Positions 27,263 to 38,975 of a DNA stretch of 64,000 bases are shown here, piece after piece. Position 1 is the stretch's first letter; every line of letters starts with the position of its first letter. This DNA is from Eledone cirrhosa (taxonomy: Eukaryota): the NCBI GenBank assembly GCA_964016885.1, contig OZ024741.1, positions 353,400,001 to 353,464,000 on the forward strand. Direction: 5' to 3'. The position numbers and the translations under genes were made by a program. The notes below the pieces were generated by a model that was not told the origin of the DNA, ran no database searches, and saw only the letters and a program-made list of their open reading frames with translations.

Positions 27263-27342
27263 CCGGTGATCCTGTGAGTGCGCAGGTAAAACTTTACAGT
27301 AGCACAGCTCGCCAATAACCACAATAAATCAATGTAAATATA

Positions 27343-27388
<46 letters not shown>

Positions 27389-27544
27389 TTAGCTATAGGC
27401 ATAGCTGTATACAGATATGCATAGAAATTTCGTATTTCTAAAGAAACACGGTATGTTTACAGGTAAACATTTGGAAAGCCGTATCTATGCAAAAAACACT
27501 GGGGCTAACACACTCTTGTGGTGTCCAGCAGAAACAAGGGGGAT

Positions 27545-27590
27545 AATCGTTGACGTATTTTGAACTGAACTGGTCCTCATCAGGAGGATC
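27545..27590 (-). ncRNA. Decayed hammerhead-like motif
   Basis: Minus strand CTGATGA-GGAC cagttca GTTC-AAAA-TACG-TC, with GAAA changed to AAAA. Lies in a ~250-bp insert between TA tracts. Confidence 0.4.
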
Positions 27591-27888
27591 CCTCCCACAC
27601 TTGCGACTGCTGGACTTGAAAACAGTCAAGAATATATATATATATATACAGTAGCGGACTGAGTCTAAAAATATTGTTTGGCAGGAGATGAAGGGGGCCC
27701 ACCTACATATAGAATGCTATCATTTAATTTTTATAATGAATAAAGAAAATTTTCTAAAAATACTTAAGTGGAAACAAAACAGTGCATCAAATTTTTGCGG
27801 AAAAGTATCTTACCTTCTCCAATAAAAATTATTATGTATTTTAACTTTGATTTTGAAAGGAGGTTTATAATTATCAATTTTCAGTTCT

Positions 27889-28110
27889 CTTTCGTAGCTG
27901 TCTCGGTGGCCTAGTTGGAGGAATCATAGACGGTGGTGATCCTGGTCTGAAGTTCGATCCTGGTCCCGGTAAGCCTTTTCCCGTTTTTATTGGTTGTAAA
28001 ATAATAACTGAAAAAGGCTACATGTACTTCTTGACCAGAATTGAACCCGAGGCCATGATATCTACCATCTATAGTACCTACAACTAGACCACAAAGACAA
28101 CTACGAAAAT
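27889..28110. other. Two convergent, diverged tRNA-like heads (27889-27980 plus; 28010-28110 minus)
   Basis: GGTGGCCTAGTTGG...AGTTCGATCC...AGCCTTTT on plus and TGTGGTCTAGTTGT...GGTTCAATTC...AGCCTTTT on minus. Confidence 0.55.
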
Positions 28111-28828
28111 CTTATGAACATTCATACAGATTGTTTTTTTCATATATGAGTGAAATTTGGTTGGTTGATGCAGTCACGTGACAAAGCACAACAAATTTCG
28201 CGCCAGTTCGTTTCACTTAAAAAAGTGGCTCTTTTTTTTTATAAATGTAATTTGATTGGTTATGACTGTTACGTGAATAAGTACATTACATTTCACGCCG
28301 TATTTGGGAATTCTTTGTAGCCATTTAGAGAATTTTGTGCCAAACAACAGATAATGGTCAAGAAAAAAGGGATGGGGAGAATTGTTCTGGTTCAGTGAGT
28401 ATGGTTGATGTGCTGAGGTGTCAAAATTCAGACTTTCTATTGAAATAAAGAAAGTAGAGATATATATTATTATTTGTGTGCTGATGTGTGTGTGCGTGTG
28501 TATGTGTGTGTAGGAAAAGGATTCTATTAGTAGAAATGGGGGAGGGAGTTAGGTGTGTGTGTGGGAGTATAGTTAGCATGTTAAGATGGATAGAATATAT
28601 ATTTGTGTGTGTGGGTGTGTGTGTGTGTAGGAAAGGATTCCGTTAGTAGAAATGGGGGGTATGTGTGTGGGGGGGGTATGGTTAGCATGTTAAGGTGTTA
28701 GAGTATTAATGTATATTAAGGTTTATTTAGCTCTGGTTTTTATTTTCGAATATAGAAGGTGTTATATGTGTGTGCATGTATGTGTCTGTTTGGGTGGTTA
28801 GCATGTTATGGTGTTAACATAATGTATA

Positions 28829-29318
28829 TTAAACTATATTTAATGCTGGTCTATATTTTTGAATAAACATATTTTCCTTATTTATTCGTATTGGATCTGT
28901 TGTATTGTCAGCGCAAAGATAAAGTGGGAAGACTTGGAATTTGAGTGTCTTATCGCTTGCACATATGTCTAGATGTGCACTGAGTGGTATCTGTCTTATG
29001 GTAGGGTCTCGTAATTGTTGGCGATGAATTGTCATTCTGTTCCTGAGTGTGAGTTTAGTTTGCCCTATATAATCTTCATTGTATCCTTTACATTTAATGG
29101 CATAAAGAAAATTTTTTGATGAGCAAGTGAAGTGATTTTTTACAACAAAAGTTCATCCTGATTGAAATGTATACATGGTGCCTTCAATGAGGTGAGTGCA
29201 GGTTCCACAATTAGAGCGACGACATATTTTGACAGTTGGTTGTGGGTTTGTTGTAGGTAATTTGGCATTGGTGAGTAATGTTTTTAGTGATTTCGGTTGT
29301 CTTTTGCATTTGATCATT
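28829..29318 (-). pseudogene. PLE remnant: Cys-rich linker + GIY-YIG endonuclease with one in-frame TGA
   Basis: KRQPKSLKTLLT...CRRSNCGTC...SG*TFVVKNHFTCSSKNFLYAIKCKGYNEDYIGQTKLTLRNRMTIHRQQ...RINKENMFIQKYRPALN. The track ORFs 29153-29398 and 28829-29035 share one frame. It is a different family from the 11-13 kb element. Confidence 0.88.
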
Positions 29319-29672
29319 TTGTGTGTGTGCATATATAGATATAGATATATAGATAGAGATATAGATATATGAGATGAATGAATTTGGTATAATACCAATT
29401 TAGTACTAAATACGTAGATGCGAAGGAGCTCGATATATTATCCCTTAGGATAGGGAAAAGGGCATTATTTTTTTACATTGTATATATATATATATATATA
29501 TGCCTCTGTATCATGTATTAAGTTCTCCCTCCGCCTTTTGAGATATTTTTCACTGTTACAAGGGATTCAGTCCCCTTTCATGACCGGTATATCACGTGGT
29601 AATTTCTCCCTCCACCTTTTAAGATTTTCTCACTTGCTGCGAATGTGTCAGGAAAGAGTTATTTCCCTGAGG

Positions 29673-29767
29673 AGTTCCTTGAAAAGCTGGTGTGCCTCAC
29701 AACGATATTGCACATCTATAATGTACAATTGTTGCAAACTGACCAGCGAAACTGTACAGTCGGGACT
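29673..29767 (+). ncRNA. Hammerhead motif with U3-A8 core and extended stem II
   Basis: AGTTCC-TTGAAAA-GCTGGT-(50 nt)-ACCAGC-GAAA-CTGTACAG-TC-GGGACT. All three stems pair; GUC site. Confidence 0.7.
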
Positions 29768-29824
29768 TTGAAGAAAAGATAGGTATATATCTGTGTCTAT
29801 TACTTCTTCTTATTTTATAATTTG

Positions 29825-29872
<48 letters not shown>

Positions 29873-29873
<1 letters not shown>

Positions 29874-30163
29874 ACGAAGGAATTGTGATAAGGAACCAGA
29901 TGGACCATAACGCCAAAGTACTCAATACTAAGTGCAGTAGAGTGGGTAATAGGAAAAAGAATGACCCCGACGGCAGAGCTCAAGCCGTTTCGATGACTAT
30001 TTCTGGACTGGACGGCTATTTCAGTCCAGAAATACCCGTCGAAACGGCTTGAGCTCTGCCGTCGGGGTCATTCTTTTTCCTATATATATATATATAACTA
30101 ATTTAGTCCAGAAATAGCCGTCGAAACGGCTTGAGCTCTGCCGTCGGGGTCATACTTTCTCCT
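29873..30163 (-). mobile_element. Family B fold-back insert (tail 29873-29948, palindrome 29949-30082) plus a half copy at 30097-30163
   Basis: Homologous to 6196-6388 in the opposite orientation; (TA)n flanks. Confidence 0.8.
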
Positions 30164-30874
30164 ATATATATATATATATGTATAAGGGGCGGGGAAAATG
30201 CAGAGAGTGGACAGTGGGGCCATGACTCCCCACCAATAATTATAGTTTACTCCCCAAACTGCCTAAACACACATCTACTTGGATATGCGCTACAATTTAT
30301 GTACATGTTATGTTTATCGCATATTTTCTGGCCAATTTATAATGCAAAGAGCTAAACTAATCACTATAAATAAATTGACCAAATGTGAACCCCCCACCCC
30401 ACCCCACCCAATTCAGAAATGCTTCCATCCCCCCTGGATATTGAAATTACCGCTACTGAAATACACTCAAGGACTTAGTCAACAATGCTGATCCTTATAA
30501 ATTAAAGGATAATGATTATAAACATCCCACCCCACCCAAAAAATACTCGTGAATTTGAATTCTGAAAGTATGCTACCTTATTGTAAGCTGCTACGTGCAA
30601 GTCTAACTAGTAAATAGTTGAACAAGTTGGGCATATAAACACCTAAAGAAAGGGGAAGAGTGGACAGATTCACCTGTAATAATCAAGCATCCATCTGCTG
30701 TATGCTAGATGCTTGCTTTACCATTACACTAAAGTGAGACCATTTATCTTTATTTTCGTAATAAATCTTTTGAAAGAAATATTCCAAAGAGACAATCTAC
30801 TTGTGCGTCTATTTAAAGACTGCGACCGTAACTCGCATTTTTTTCCAGCTGAGAAAACTGGAGCAATGTGAAAT

Positions 30875-31087
30875 AATGGTTTCTTATATAGGCACAAGGC
30901 GAACAATTTTGGGGGAGGGGAAAGTCGATTAAGTCGACCCCAGTGCGTGACTGGTACTTTATTTTATGGACCCCGTAAGGATGAAAGGCAAAGTTAACCT
31001 TGGCAGGATTTGAACTCAGATCATAAAGGGCCATAACTCTATGCTGAAAAGTATGGCATCCGACGTTCTACCGATACTTCCAATCCC
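30875..31087 (-). mobile_element. Deu/Nin-type SINE
   Basis: Reverse complement of the 805-1025 element over its whole length. Confidence 0.8.
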
Positions 31088-31089
31088 GA

Positions 31090-31156
31090 TCTAGGAATCA
31101 AACCCAAGTACTCACGACCGTGAGTACAACACCCAAACAACTAAGCCACGGGCCTT
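31090..31156 (-). mobile_element. tRNA-like SINE head / tRNA pseudogene fragment
   Basis: Minus strand GGCCCGTGGCTTAGTTG...GGTTTGATTCC (box A and box B). Confidence 0.5.
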
Positions 31157-31632
31157 CAATTTAGTGTTAAACAATTATAAAATCAATATTTTTATTAAAA
31201 ATAATTTATGCCCGGTGTGTATAACGAAACGAAAGTTCGAATATTACGACTTTGCACGCACGTTATTTATTGATTTCTGATCGATAAAATATATATTCAT
31301 CGCAAATATTTCTACCATTTCATATCAAAGTTTTATCGAAATTAGGGCGTCGAAAAGATTGAGTGGTTTATGGTATTTTATGGCGGTATATAAAGCAGAA
31401 TACGTACATATACATAAATATATAGAAACACACGCACACACACATAAATATATATACATGTGTGTGTGTGTACTTTATTCCAACATACACATACACACAC
31501 ACATAGGTATATATATGTATATATATGTATATATATATATTTTCTTTATACTATCTACACTCTACTCTGCTGAATATCGAGTGCTAATTTTGGCATACCG
31601 TCTATGGAAGCACCATAGCTACCATTATACAC

Positions 31633-31709
<77 letters not shown>

Positions 31710-32568
31710 TGCATGATTGTGCGCGTATATGTACGTGTATGTGTGTGCTTGAGTGCATAAAGATTAACTTTTAATTTAACGAATTATCTTATGAAATTGC
31801 TTTCACAATTCTAGCAAACGCAGTTAAAACTATTTCTGCGGAAAGTTACTTAATTTTGTTAGGTTTCTATTAAATTCAACATTAAATATGAATATCTTTT
31901 TAACCTTATTCAGTATTTTGAAACAGGATTTTCTGATAGTGGAAAACCTTTTATTAAACCAAAATACATTCAATTTAAATTAGGTTGTTTTATATATATA
32001 TATATATATATATGAAAAAAGTTTGTCCTTCATCAGTGATCTTCCAACTATCATAGGCATTTCATCGCTTTTAAGACCATATACCTCCGGTTGGTGCGAG
32101 CAACGGCTAAAAAAAGTCGTTGGGACACGTAAATAAAGGGGACGCGAGGGTAAACAAGCAAAATAGTGAAGCAACAGAAAGTGAGGAAGAAGGAGACAAG
32201 TCCCAGATTTCTATGAATTTACGTTCGGTGAAATCGTGAACGAGAGAATAAAGACCATCAAACCTGGTTGAAATGTGAGCAAGGAAGGAATTTCGCACAG
32301 GTCTAACGGGAGGAAGAAGGGGTCTGGTCTGCGAATTCGGTAAACATAAGTTTTGTGAAATCGTAGACGAGAGAGAAAAAATTCCGACCAGCTTGGCCGA
32401 GAATGTGAGAGAAAAAAATTACACACAGGTCAAACGGGAAGAAAGAGGAGGAGGAGAGGTAGTGACAGAGAATGAGTGAGTGAAGGGTGAGGAAGAGGCT
32501 AACAGAGAGAGAGACTGCTAGAAAGGGTAAAGACACATAGAACGAAAAAGACGGTGTAGCAGCAGAGG

Positions 32569-32620
<52 letters not shown>

Positions 32621-32624
<4 letters not shown>

Positions 32625-32738
32625 AAAATGTTTAATCGCGACGGCAGACCTCAAGCCGTTTCGACGGATATTTCTCGACTAAGTATTGAGTACTCTGGTG
32701 CGTTATGATCCATCTGGTTCCTTGCCACACCTCCTTCG

Positions 32739-32740
<2 letters not shown>
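32621..32740 (+). mobile_element. Family B insert with central deletion (inverted arm joined to tail)
   Basis: CGACGGCAGACCTCAAGCCGTTTCGACGG...ACT is fused to AAGTATTGAGTAC...CCTTCGTTA. Confidence 0.7.
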
Positions 32741-32774
<34 letters not shown>

Positions 32775-32852
32775 CAACCTAATTTAAATTGAATGCATTT
32801 GAATTATTACGGGAATGCTATAAGAATCCAACTTCTATAATTTTCGGCGGGC

Positions 32853-32918
32853 GAGGGCAGTACGTAGCTCTGATGATTGCCAAACAACATGAAACAGACT
32901 GTTAGCTTCTCTGCCTTC
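32853..32918 (+). ncRNA. Type I hammerhead-like motif
   Basis: GAGGGCAG-tacgt-AGCT-CTGATGA-(14 nt, weak stem II)-GAAA-CAG A CTG-TT-AGCT-tct-CTGCCTTC. Stem I is bipartite with an internal loop. Confidence 0.65.
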
Positions 32919-33191
32919 TTTCGCTGAAAAGAAGTAAGTGACATAGTCACTACTTTAAATATGATAGCGTAAGGTCTTCAAAATGTTTTTAATTAAACAT
33001 ACGGTATATTGCCAAATATACTATGCATACATCGCTATTTCAGAGCACCAATATATATAAAATTATAAGTTTGAAGAAGTCAGACAAAATATATTCAATT
33101 TTCTTCTCCTTAGCCCGTAGAAATTAACTAGACAAATAATCAATTAAACGGAGCTAAGTCTAAAATGCAAGTTTGAAGAAAAAATGTATAA

Positions 33192-33413
33192 TATAGATAT
33201 ATCCAGGGAGTGTAACGCGAAGTTACTGTAGGTACACCCAGGTGAGCACTCGATGTTTAGATTCATGTCTGTAGCGAGGTGAAGAGGTATATATATATAT
33301 ATGTACATATATATATAGCTCTTCACCTCGCTACAGACATGAATCTAAACATCGAGTGCTCACCTGGGTGTACCTACAGTAACTTCGCGTTACACTCTCT
33401 GGATATATCTATA
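33192..33413. mobile_element. Palindromic insert, family C, centred on a short TA tract
   Basis: ~95-bp arms GGAGTGTAACGCGAAGTTAC...GAGGTGAAGAG and its reverse complement. A diverged single copy is at 33992-34083. Confidence 0.7.
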
Positions 33414-33465
33414 TGTACATATATATATGTATATATACATCTATATATATATGTATATATGTATG

Positions 33466-33552
<87 letters not shown>

Positions 33553-33702
33553 ATATATATATAATATACATATATATATAAAACTAACAAAAAGAGTAAG
33601 AATGAAGGACTCATTCTACTGACATGGCTTAAAAGGGGCTGTTTACATAATTGCAAACGAATCGAATATTACCATTAATATTCGAAACACACAGATTACA
33701 TT

Positions 33703-33751
<49 letters not shown>

Positions 33752-33757
<6 letters not shown>

Positions 33758-33932
33758 GATATTAAACAAATGGAAACTATATTTATAAAACCATATTTAT
33801 TTCATGAAATAAATATGGTTTTATAAATATAGTTTCCATTTGTTTAATATCGTATATCTACTCCCAAAACTTGTCGAGTGCTTTATATCGGTTATAAAAT
33901 ATTTACTTGTTGTAACCCAACATATGAATTGA

Positions 33933-33934
<2 letters not shown>
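33752..33934 (+). mobile_element. Fold-back insert (perfect 106-bp palindrome 33752-33857 + tail)
   Basis: Spacer-less palindrome centred on TTCA|TGAA, a ~77-bp tail and (TA)n flanks. Confidence 0.7.
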
Positions 33935-33997
<63 letters not shown>

Positions 33998-34292
33998 AGC
34001 GAGTGTAACTTGGAGTTACTGCAGGTTCACCCGGGTGAGCACTCGATGTTTAGGTTCACTTCTGTGTTGAGGTGTAGAGCTATACAGAGTGTAATATATT
34101 GAACATAGTATTTTAAAGGGTCGAGCTGCCGATTATTGAGTCGGGTAAGATCGATACAGATCGAACCTTGAGCTGATCAGTGGCGAAACGCGCGTCACCT
34201 ACCAATAAATGTAATGAAGGAGTAACCAATCGTCCTTGTTATCCTTTCAATATATATATATATATATATTTGTATATATATATATATATATA

Positions 34293-34655
34293 TTAGAAAG
34301 TGAGGTTTTTTTTACAAAATGAAAAATAACCGAGGTGTCCTACACGAGTGAAAGTATAAAGAAAAAGAAATGAAATCGAAAATGCAACTGGAGTCTTATT
34401 TTTTTTTAAATATATATATTTATTTGGTTCCTTTACCGGTTTCGCAGTTCTTCTGCTTTTCAAAAGGTGAGTTGAGATGGAGGGTCTGTGGTTTTTCTCA
34501 CATCTGATGTGAGAAAAACCACAGACCCTCCATCTCTACTCACCTTTTGAAAAGCAGAAGAACTGCGAAACCGGTAAAGGAACCAAATAAATATATATAT
34601 TTAAAAAAAAATAAGACTCCAGTTGCATTTTCGATTTCATCTCTTTTTCTTTATA
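34293..34655 (-). mobile_element. Fold-back insert (tail 34293-34354, 301-bp palindrome 34355-34655)
   Basis: Near-perfect palindrome centred at 34505 with a hammerhead in each arm; TA flanks. Confidence 0.8.
34543..34580 (+). ncRNA. Minimal hammerhead with U3-A8 core (minus-strand copy at 34430-34467)
   Basis: CCTT-TTGAAAA-GCAG aagaa CTGC-GAAA-CCGG-TA-AAGG, followed by AATAAA. Confidence 0.72.
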
Positions 34656-35192
34656 TATATATATATATAATTGCCTTCTGAATTTTGTTCATTCATTTTC
34701 AACTATATATCTATATCTATATATGAGTGAGTATGTGTGTGTGTGTGTGATCACTTCCCATCCTCATTGCTGAGTGTTGGGGACCATGGACAACTAACTG
34801 CAGCAATTCTCTGTACTGGTTCTTCTCCCTCGCCACAACTGTGCAGTCCGCCACCATTCTCCCTTACCAATTTTTGATGTCATTAGTCCAAGGTCGCCTT
34901 GGTCTTCTCGAGCTGTTGCCATCGATGTGCACGATCCACCAACGATACACAAACCACACACACAGAAGCAACCCTCTAACAATACACACTTAAAGCACTC
35001 ATGACACATCTGGACTCTTCACCTCAGCCACTAACACCACACGTCGTAATAATCCCCCCCCCCCTCGCCAACCTTCTTCCAAACTCATTGCCCCCCCCCA
35101 TCTCTCTCTCTAGAGAGAGAGAGAGAGAGAGCATGAAACTAATAAGACTTTGTGTTTTTGGACCTTTGTATCTGTCTTATTTAATCTTGAAC

Positions 35193-35245
<53 letters not shown>

Positions 35246-35477
35246 TTGTGTGTGCGTGTTTGTATGTATACGTGTATATGCTTAGCCAGAGCGAGAGTGA
35301 GAGAGATGATACAAAGGTAGATAGATGAAAAGATATCAAGTAGACGGGACTTCAGTATTGCCCTTCTAACATTCTTGTGAAGTTGGTTTTAAGAACACAT
35401 ATTTAATTTTGGGCCACTTTGTTGTCGATCAATTGTGGGAGAGAAGTACACGGATTTGTCAGATTCTGAGTTTAATT

Positions 35478-35664
35478 AATTGTTTCTACTTTAGGCACAA
35501 GGCCAGCAATTACCCAGTACATTACTGGTACTTTATTTTATCAACCCTGTAAGGATGAAAGGCAAAGTCAACCTCGGCGGGATTTGAACTCAGATCGTAA
35601 AGGGACGTAACTATGCTGGAAAGCATGGCGTCCGACCCTCTACCGATACTGCCAATCCACCGCC
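35478..35664 (-). mobile_element. Deu/Nin-type SINE
   Basis: Reverse complement of the 40331-40522 copy. Similar sequence ATTCTGAGTTTAATTAAT on both flanks may be a target duplication. Confidence 0.8.
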
Positions 35665-35869
35665 ATTCTGAGTTTAATTAATGATACCTAATCAAACTAT
35701 ATGAAGATCTCTCAGTTTATTTCAACAGTCTAATGTTTCGTGTGAGAAAAGTAAAAGAAACATTGTGATCTCTGTTCAATCAACTGGAAGTGAACAAACG
35801 TGAAAATGCCTGGATGATATTGGGAATTTGGTAACATTATAAGCCCTGGGAGATTCTTTGAGTTTCAAT

Positions 35870-37998
35870 TTGTTTGCCTTTGTTGGTTGGCTGGTTGGTT
35901 AGCTGGTTGGCTAGATGGGTAGTTTGCTGGCTGGTTGGATGGGTGGTTTGCTGGTTGGCTGATTAGTTGATTGTTTGGTTGGTTGGTTAGCTGGTTGATT
36001 CGCTGGTTGGTTGATTGGCTGGTTAGTTGATTGTCTATTTCACTTGTTAGTTGACTTTTTGGTTTGTTGTTTGATTGGCGGACAAATTGGCTGGCTGGTT
36101 GGTTGACCAAGTAGCTGGTTGGTTGGCTGATTAGTAGATTGTTTGGTTGATTGGTTAGCTGGTTGATCGACTGGTTAGTTGATTGGCTATTTGGCTTGTT
36201 AGTTGTCTGGCTGGCTTTCTGATAGATTGGCTGACCAATTGGTTGATTGGTTGGCTGACCTATTGGCTGGTTGGTTGGGTGACCGATTGGCTGGCTGGTT
36301 GGCTGGCTGATTTGTTGATTGCGTGTTTGGTTGATTAGTTGGATGGTTTCTAGTTAGATGGCTGGTTGGTTTGATAACTTGTTGGCTAGTTGGTTGGTTA
36401 GTTGTTTGGTTGGCTGACTTATTGGCTGGTTGGTTTGTTGACTTGGCTGGTTTGGGTGGTAGTTAGTTGTTTGGCTGGCTGACTTATTGGCTGGTTGGTT
36501 TGTTGACTTGTCTAGTTAGTTGGCTGGTTTGTTGTTTAGTTGGCTGCCTTATTGGCTGGTTGGTTGGCTGATTGTTTGATTGTTTGTTTGGTTGGTGAGT
36601 TGGTTGGCTGGCTAATTGGCTGGCTGGCTGGCTGTTTGGTTGGTTGGTTGGCTGGTTGGTGTGTTAGTTGTTGGCTGGCTGGTTGGCTATTAGTTGCTTG
36701 TTTGTTTGGTTAGTTGGTTCATTGGCTGGTTAGTAGGCTAGTTAGTAGGCTGGTTTGCTGGTTAGTTAACAGGTTGATTGGTTGGCTTGTTGGTTGGTTG
36801 ACTGGTTGACTGACTGTTTGGTTAGCTTGTTGGCTGGTTGGCTTGTTGGTTGGTTGGCTTGTTTGTTGGTTGGCTGTCTGGTTGACTGCCTGATTAGTTG
36901 GTTAGCTTGTTAGTTGGTTGGTTTGTTAGTTAGTTCGCTGGTTAGTTGGTTAGTTGGTTGTTTGGCTGGTTGGTTGGCTGTTTGGCGGATAGGTTGGTTA
37001 GTTGATTGGTTGGTTGGTTGGTTTGTTGGTTGGATGGTCTTCTGGTTAGTTGGCTGGTTGGTCTGTTAACTTGTTGGCTGGTTGATGGTTAGTTGTTTTG
37101 TTGGCTGACTTATTGGCTGGTTGGTAGGTTAGTTGTTTCGTTGCCTAACTTATTGGCTGGTTGGTTTGCTATCTTGTTGGTTGGTTGGTAGTTTAGTTGT
37201 TTGGTTGGCTGACTTATTGGCTTGTTGGCATATTAGTTGATTGTTTGTTTGGTTGGTTAGTTGGTTTGTTGGCTGGTTAGTCTGTTAATTGGTTAGTTGT
37301 TTGACTGGCTGGTTAGTTGGTTGATTAGTTGATTGTTTGTTTGTTTGGTTATTTGGTTGATTGGTTGGTTGGTTGGCTGGTTGGTTTGTTAACTTGTTGG
37401 TTGGCTGGTTGGTTATTAGTTGTTTGTTTGGTTAGTTGGTTGGTTTTCTGGTTAGTTGACAGGTTGATTGGTTGGTTAATTGGCTGGTTATCTGTCCGAT
37501 TGGCTGGTTGGTTGGCTGTTTAGTTAGTTGGCTTGTTGGTTGGTTAGTTGGTTGTTTGGCTGGATGGTTGGTTGGTTGGCTGTTTGGCTGGTTGGTTGGT
37601 TGGCTGGTTGGCTGGTTGGTGGGTTGGTTTGTTGGTTGGTTGGTTGGTTGGTTGGTTGGTTGGTTGGTTGGTTGGTTGGTTGGTTGGTTAATTGGTTAGC
37701 TTGTTGGTTGACTGGTTGGCTGGTTGGGTGGATGGTTGTTTGGTTGGTTAGTTGGTTAGCTTGTTGTTTGGGTCGTTGGCTGGTTGGCTGGTTGGTTGGC
37801 TGGTTGGTTGGCTGGTTGGTTGGTTGGATGGTTGGTTGGTTGGTTAGTTAGTTGGTTATCTTGTTGTTTGGCTGGTTGGCTTGTTGGTTGGCTGGCTGGT
37901 TGGTTGGTTGGTTGGTTGGTTGGTTGGTTGGTTTTGGTTGGTTGGTTAGTTGATTGTGTGTTTGGTTGGTTAACTGGTTAGCTGGCTGGTTGGTTCGT
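35870..37998. repeat. Degenerate (GGTT/GGCT/AGTT)n tetranucleotide tract, ~2.1 kb
   Basis: Direct reading. Confidence 0.95.
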
Positions 37999-38304
37999 TC
38001 GTATATTTGACGTGTACGAATTACTGCTGCTGTCATGAGTCAAACGCAACTGGGAGACAAGGAGTGTTTCCTTGTTTCCATTGAAAATGTGTTATAGATC
38101 AGTTCGATTAGTTTGTAGCTCAATCACTGACATCAGAAGAATGATAACCTGACCTATAATCGATTATTGCACGCAGTAGAGAGGGAACGCTTGTTATTTA
38201 ACGGCATGTGTGCTTGTCTTTTTAAACTTAATTCTAGAAGAGGATAAGTAGCGCGAGCAGTGTGTCTGAAAAGACATGCGTAAACAACATAGGCAAAGAA
38301 AGCA

Positions 38305-38435
38305 AATGCACACACACACACATTCATACGAATATACACACACATACACACACAACACATTCACACACAAAGCATACACACACACATTCACATACACACA
38401 ACACATACACACAACACATTACATACACACACAAC

Positions 38436-38470
<35 letters not shown>

Positions 38471-38690
38471 ACACATACACACAATACATTTACATACACA
38501 CACAACAGATACACAACATATACACACACATACAACACATTCACACACATTCACATACACACACATTCACACACACACAACACGTTCACACACACATTCA
38601 CACACACATAGATACGCACACACACACAACACATTCACACACAATCCATATACACACACATTCACACACATACACACACACATACACAGC
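38305..38690. repeat. Degenerate (CA)n tract
   Basis: Direct reading. Confidence 0.9.
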
Positions 38691-38975
38691 ACCGTTTTTA
38701 GATACAACATCAGGAGTAAGATCTTTTAAATACTTTCAGGCATCACACAGGGTTAGTTTTTTTATGTTTTTTGCGAATGTTTATTCAAGAACACTTCATT
38801 GGGAATTAGATCAGAGTTGTAAAGTAACATAGTAAACCAGCCATTACAGGGATTTTGTCGGAATTAAAGATCAATCTAGAAGCACAGGAAAGGAATTTTT
38901 TTGGCATCTATTAATGTCCACATACGAGAATCGATACGACATATGATATTATTTGTTATTTTGTTATTTTCTGGG

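Noticed and set aside
29153-29155. In-frame TGA as selenocysteine (some Naiad PLEs are reported to encode selenoproteins)
   Set aside because: It is not at a conserved Cys position, no SECIS was recognised, and the fragment is truncated. A nonsense mutation is the simpler explanation.
37329-37981. Trp/Leu/Val/Gly-rich membrane-protein ORFs
   Set aside because: Translation of the (GGTT)n tract.
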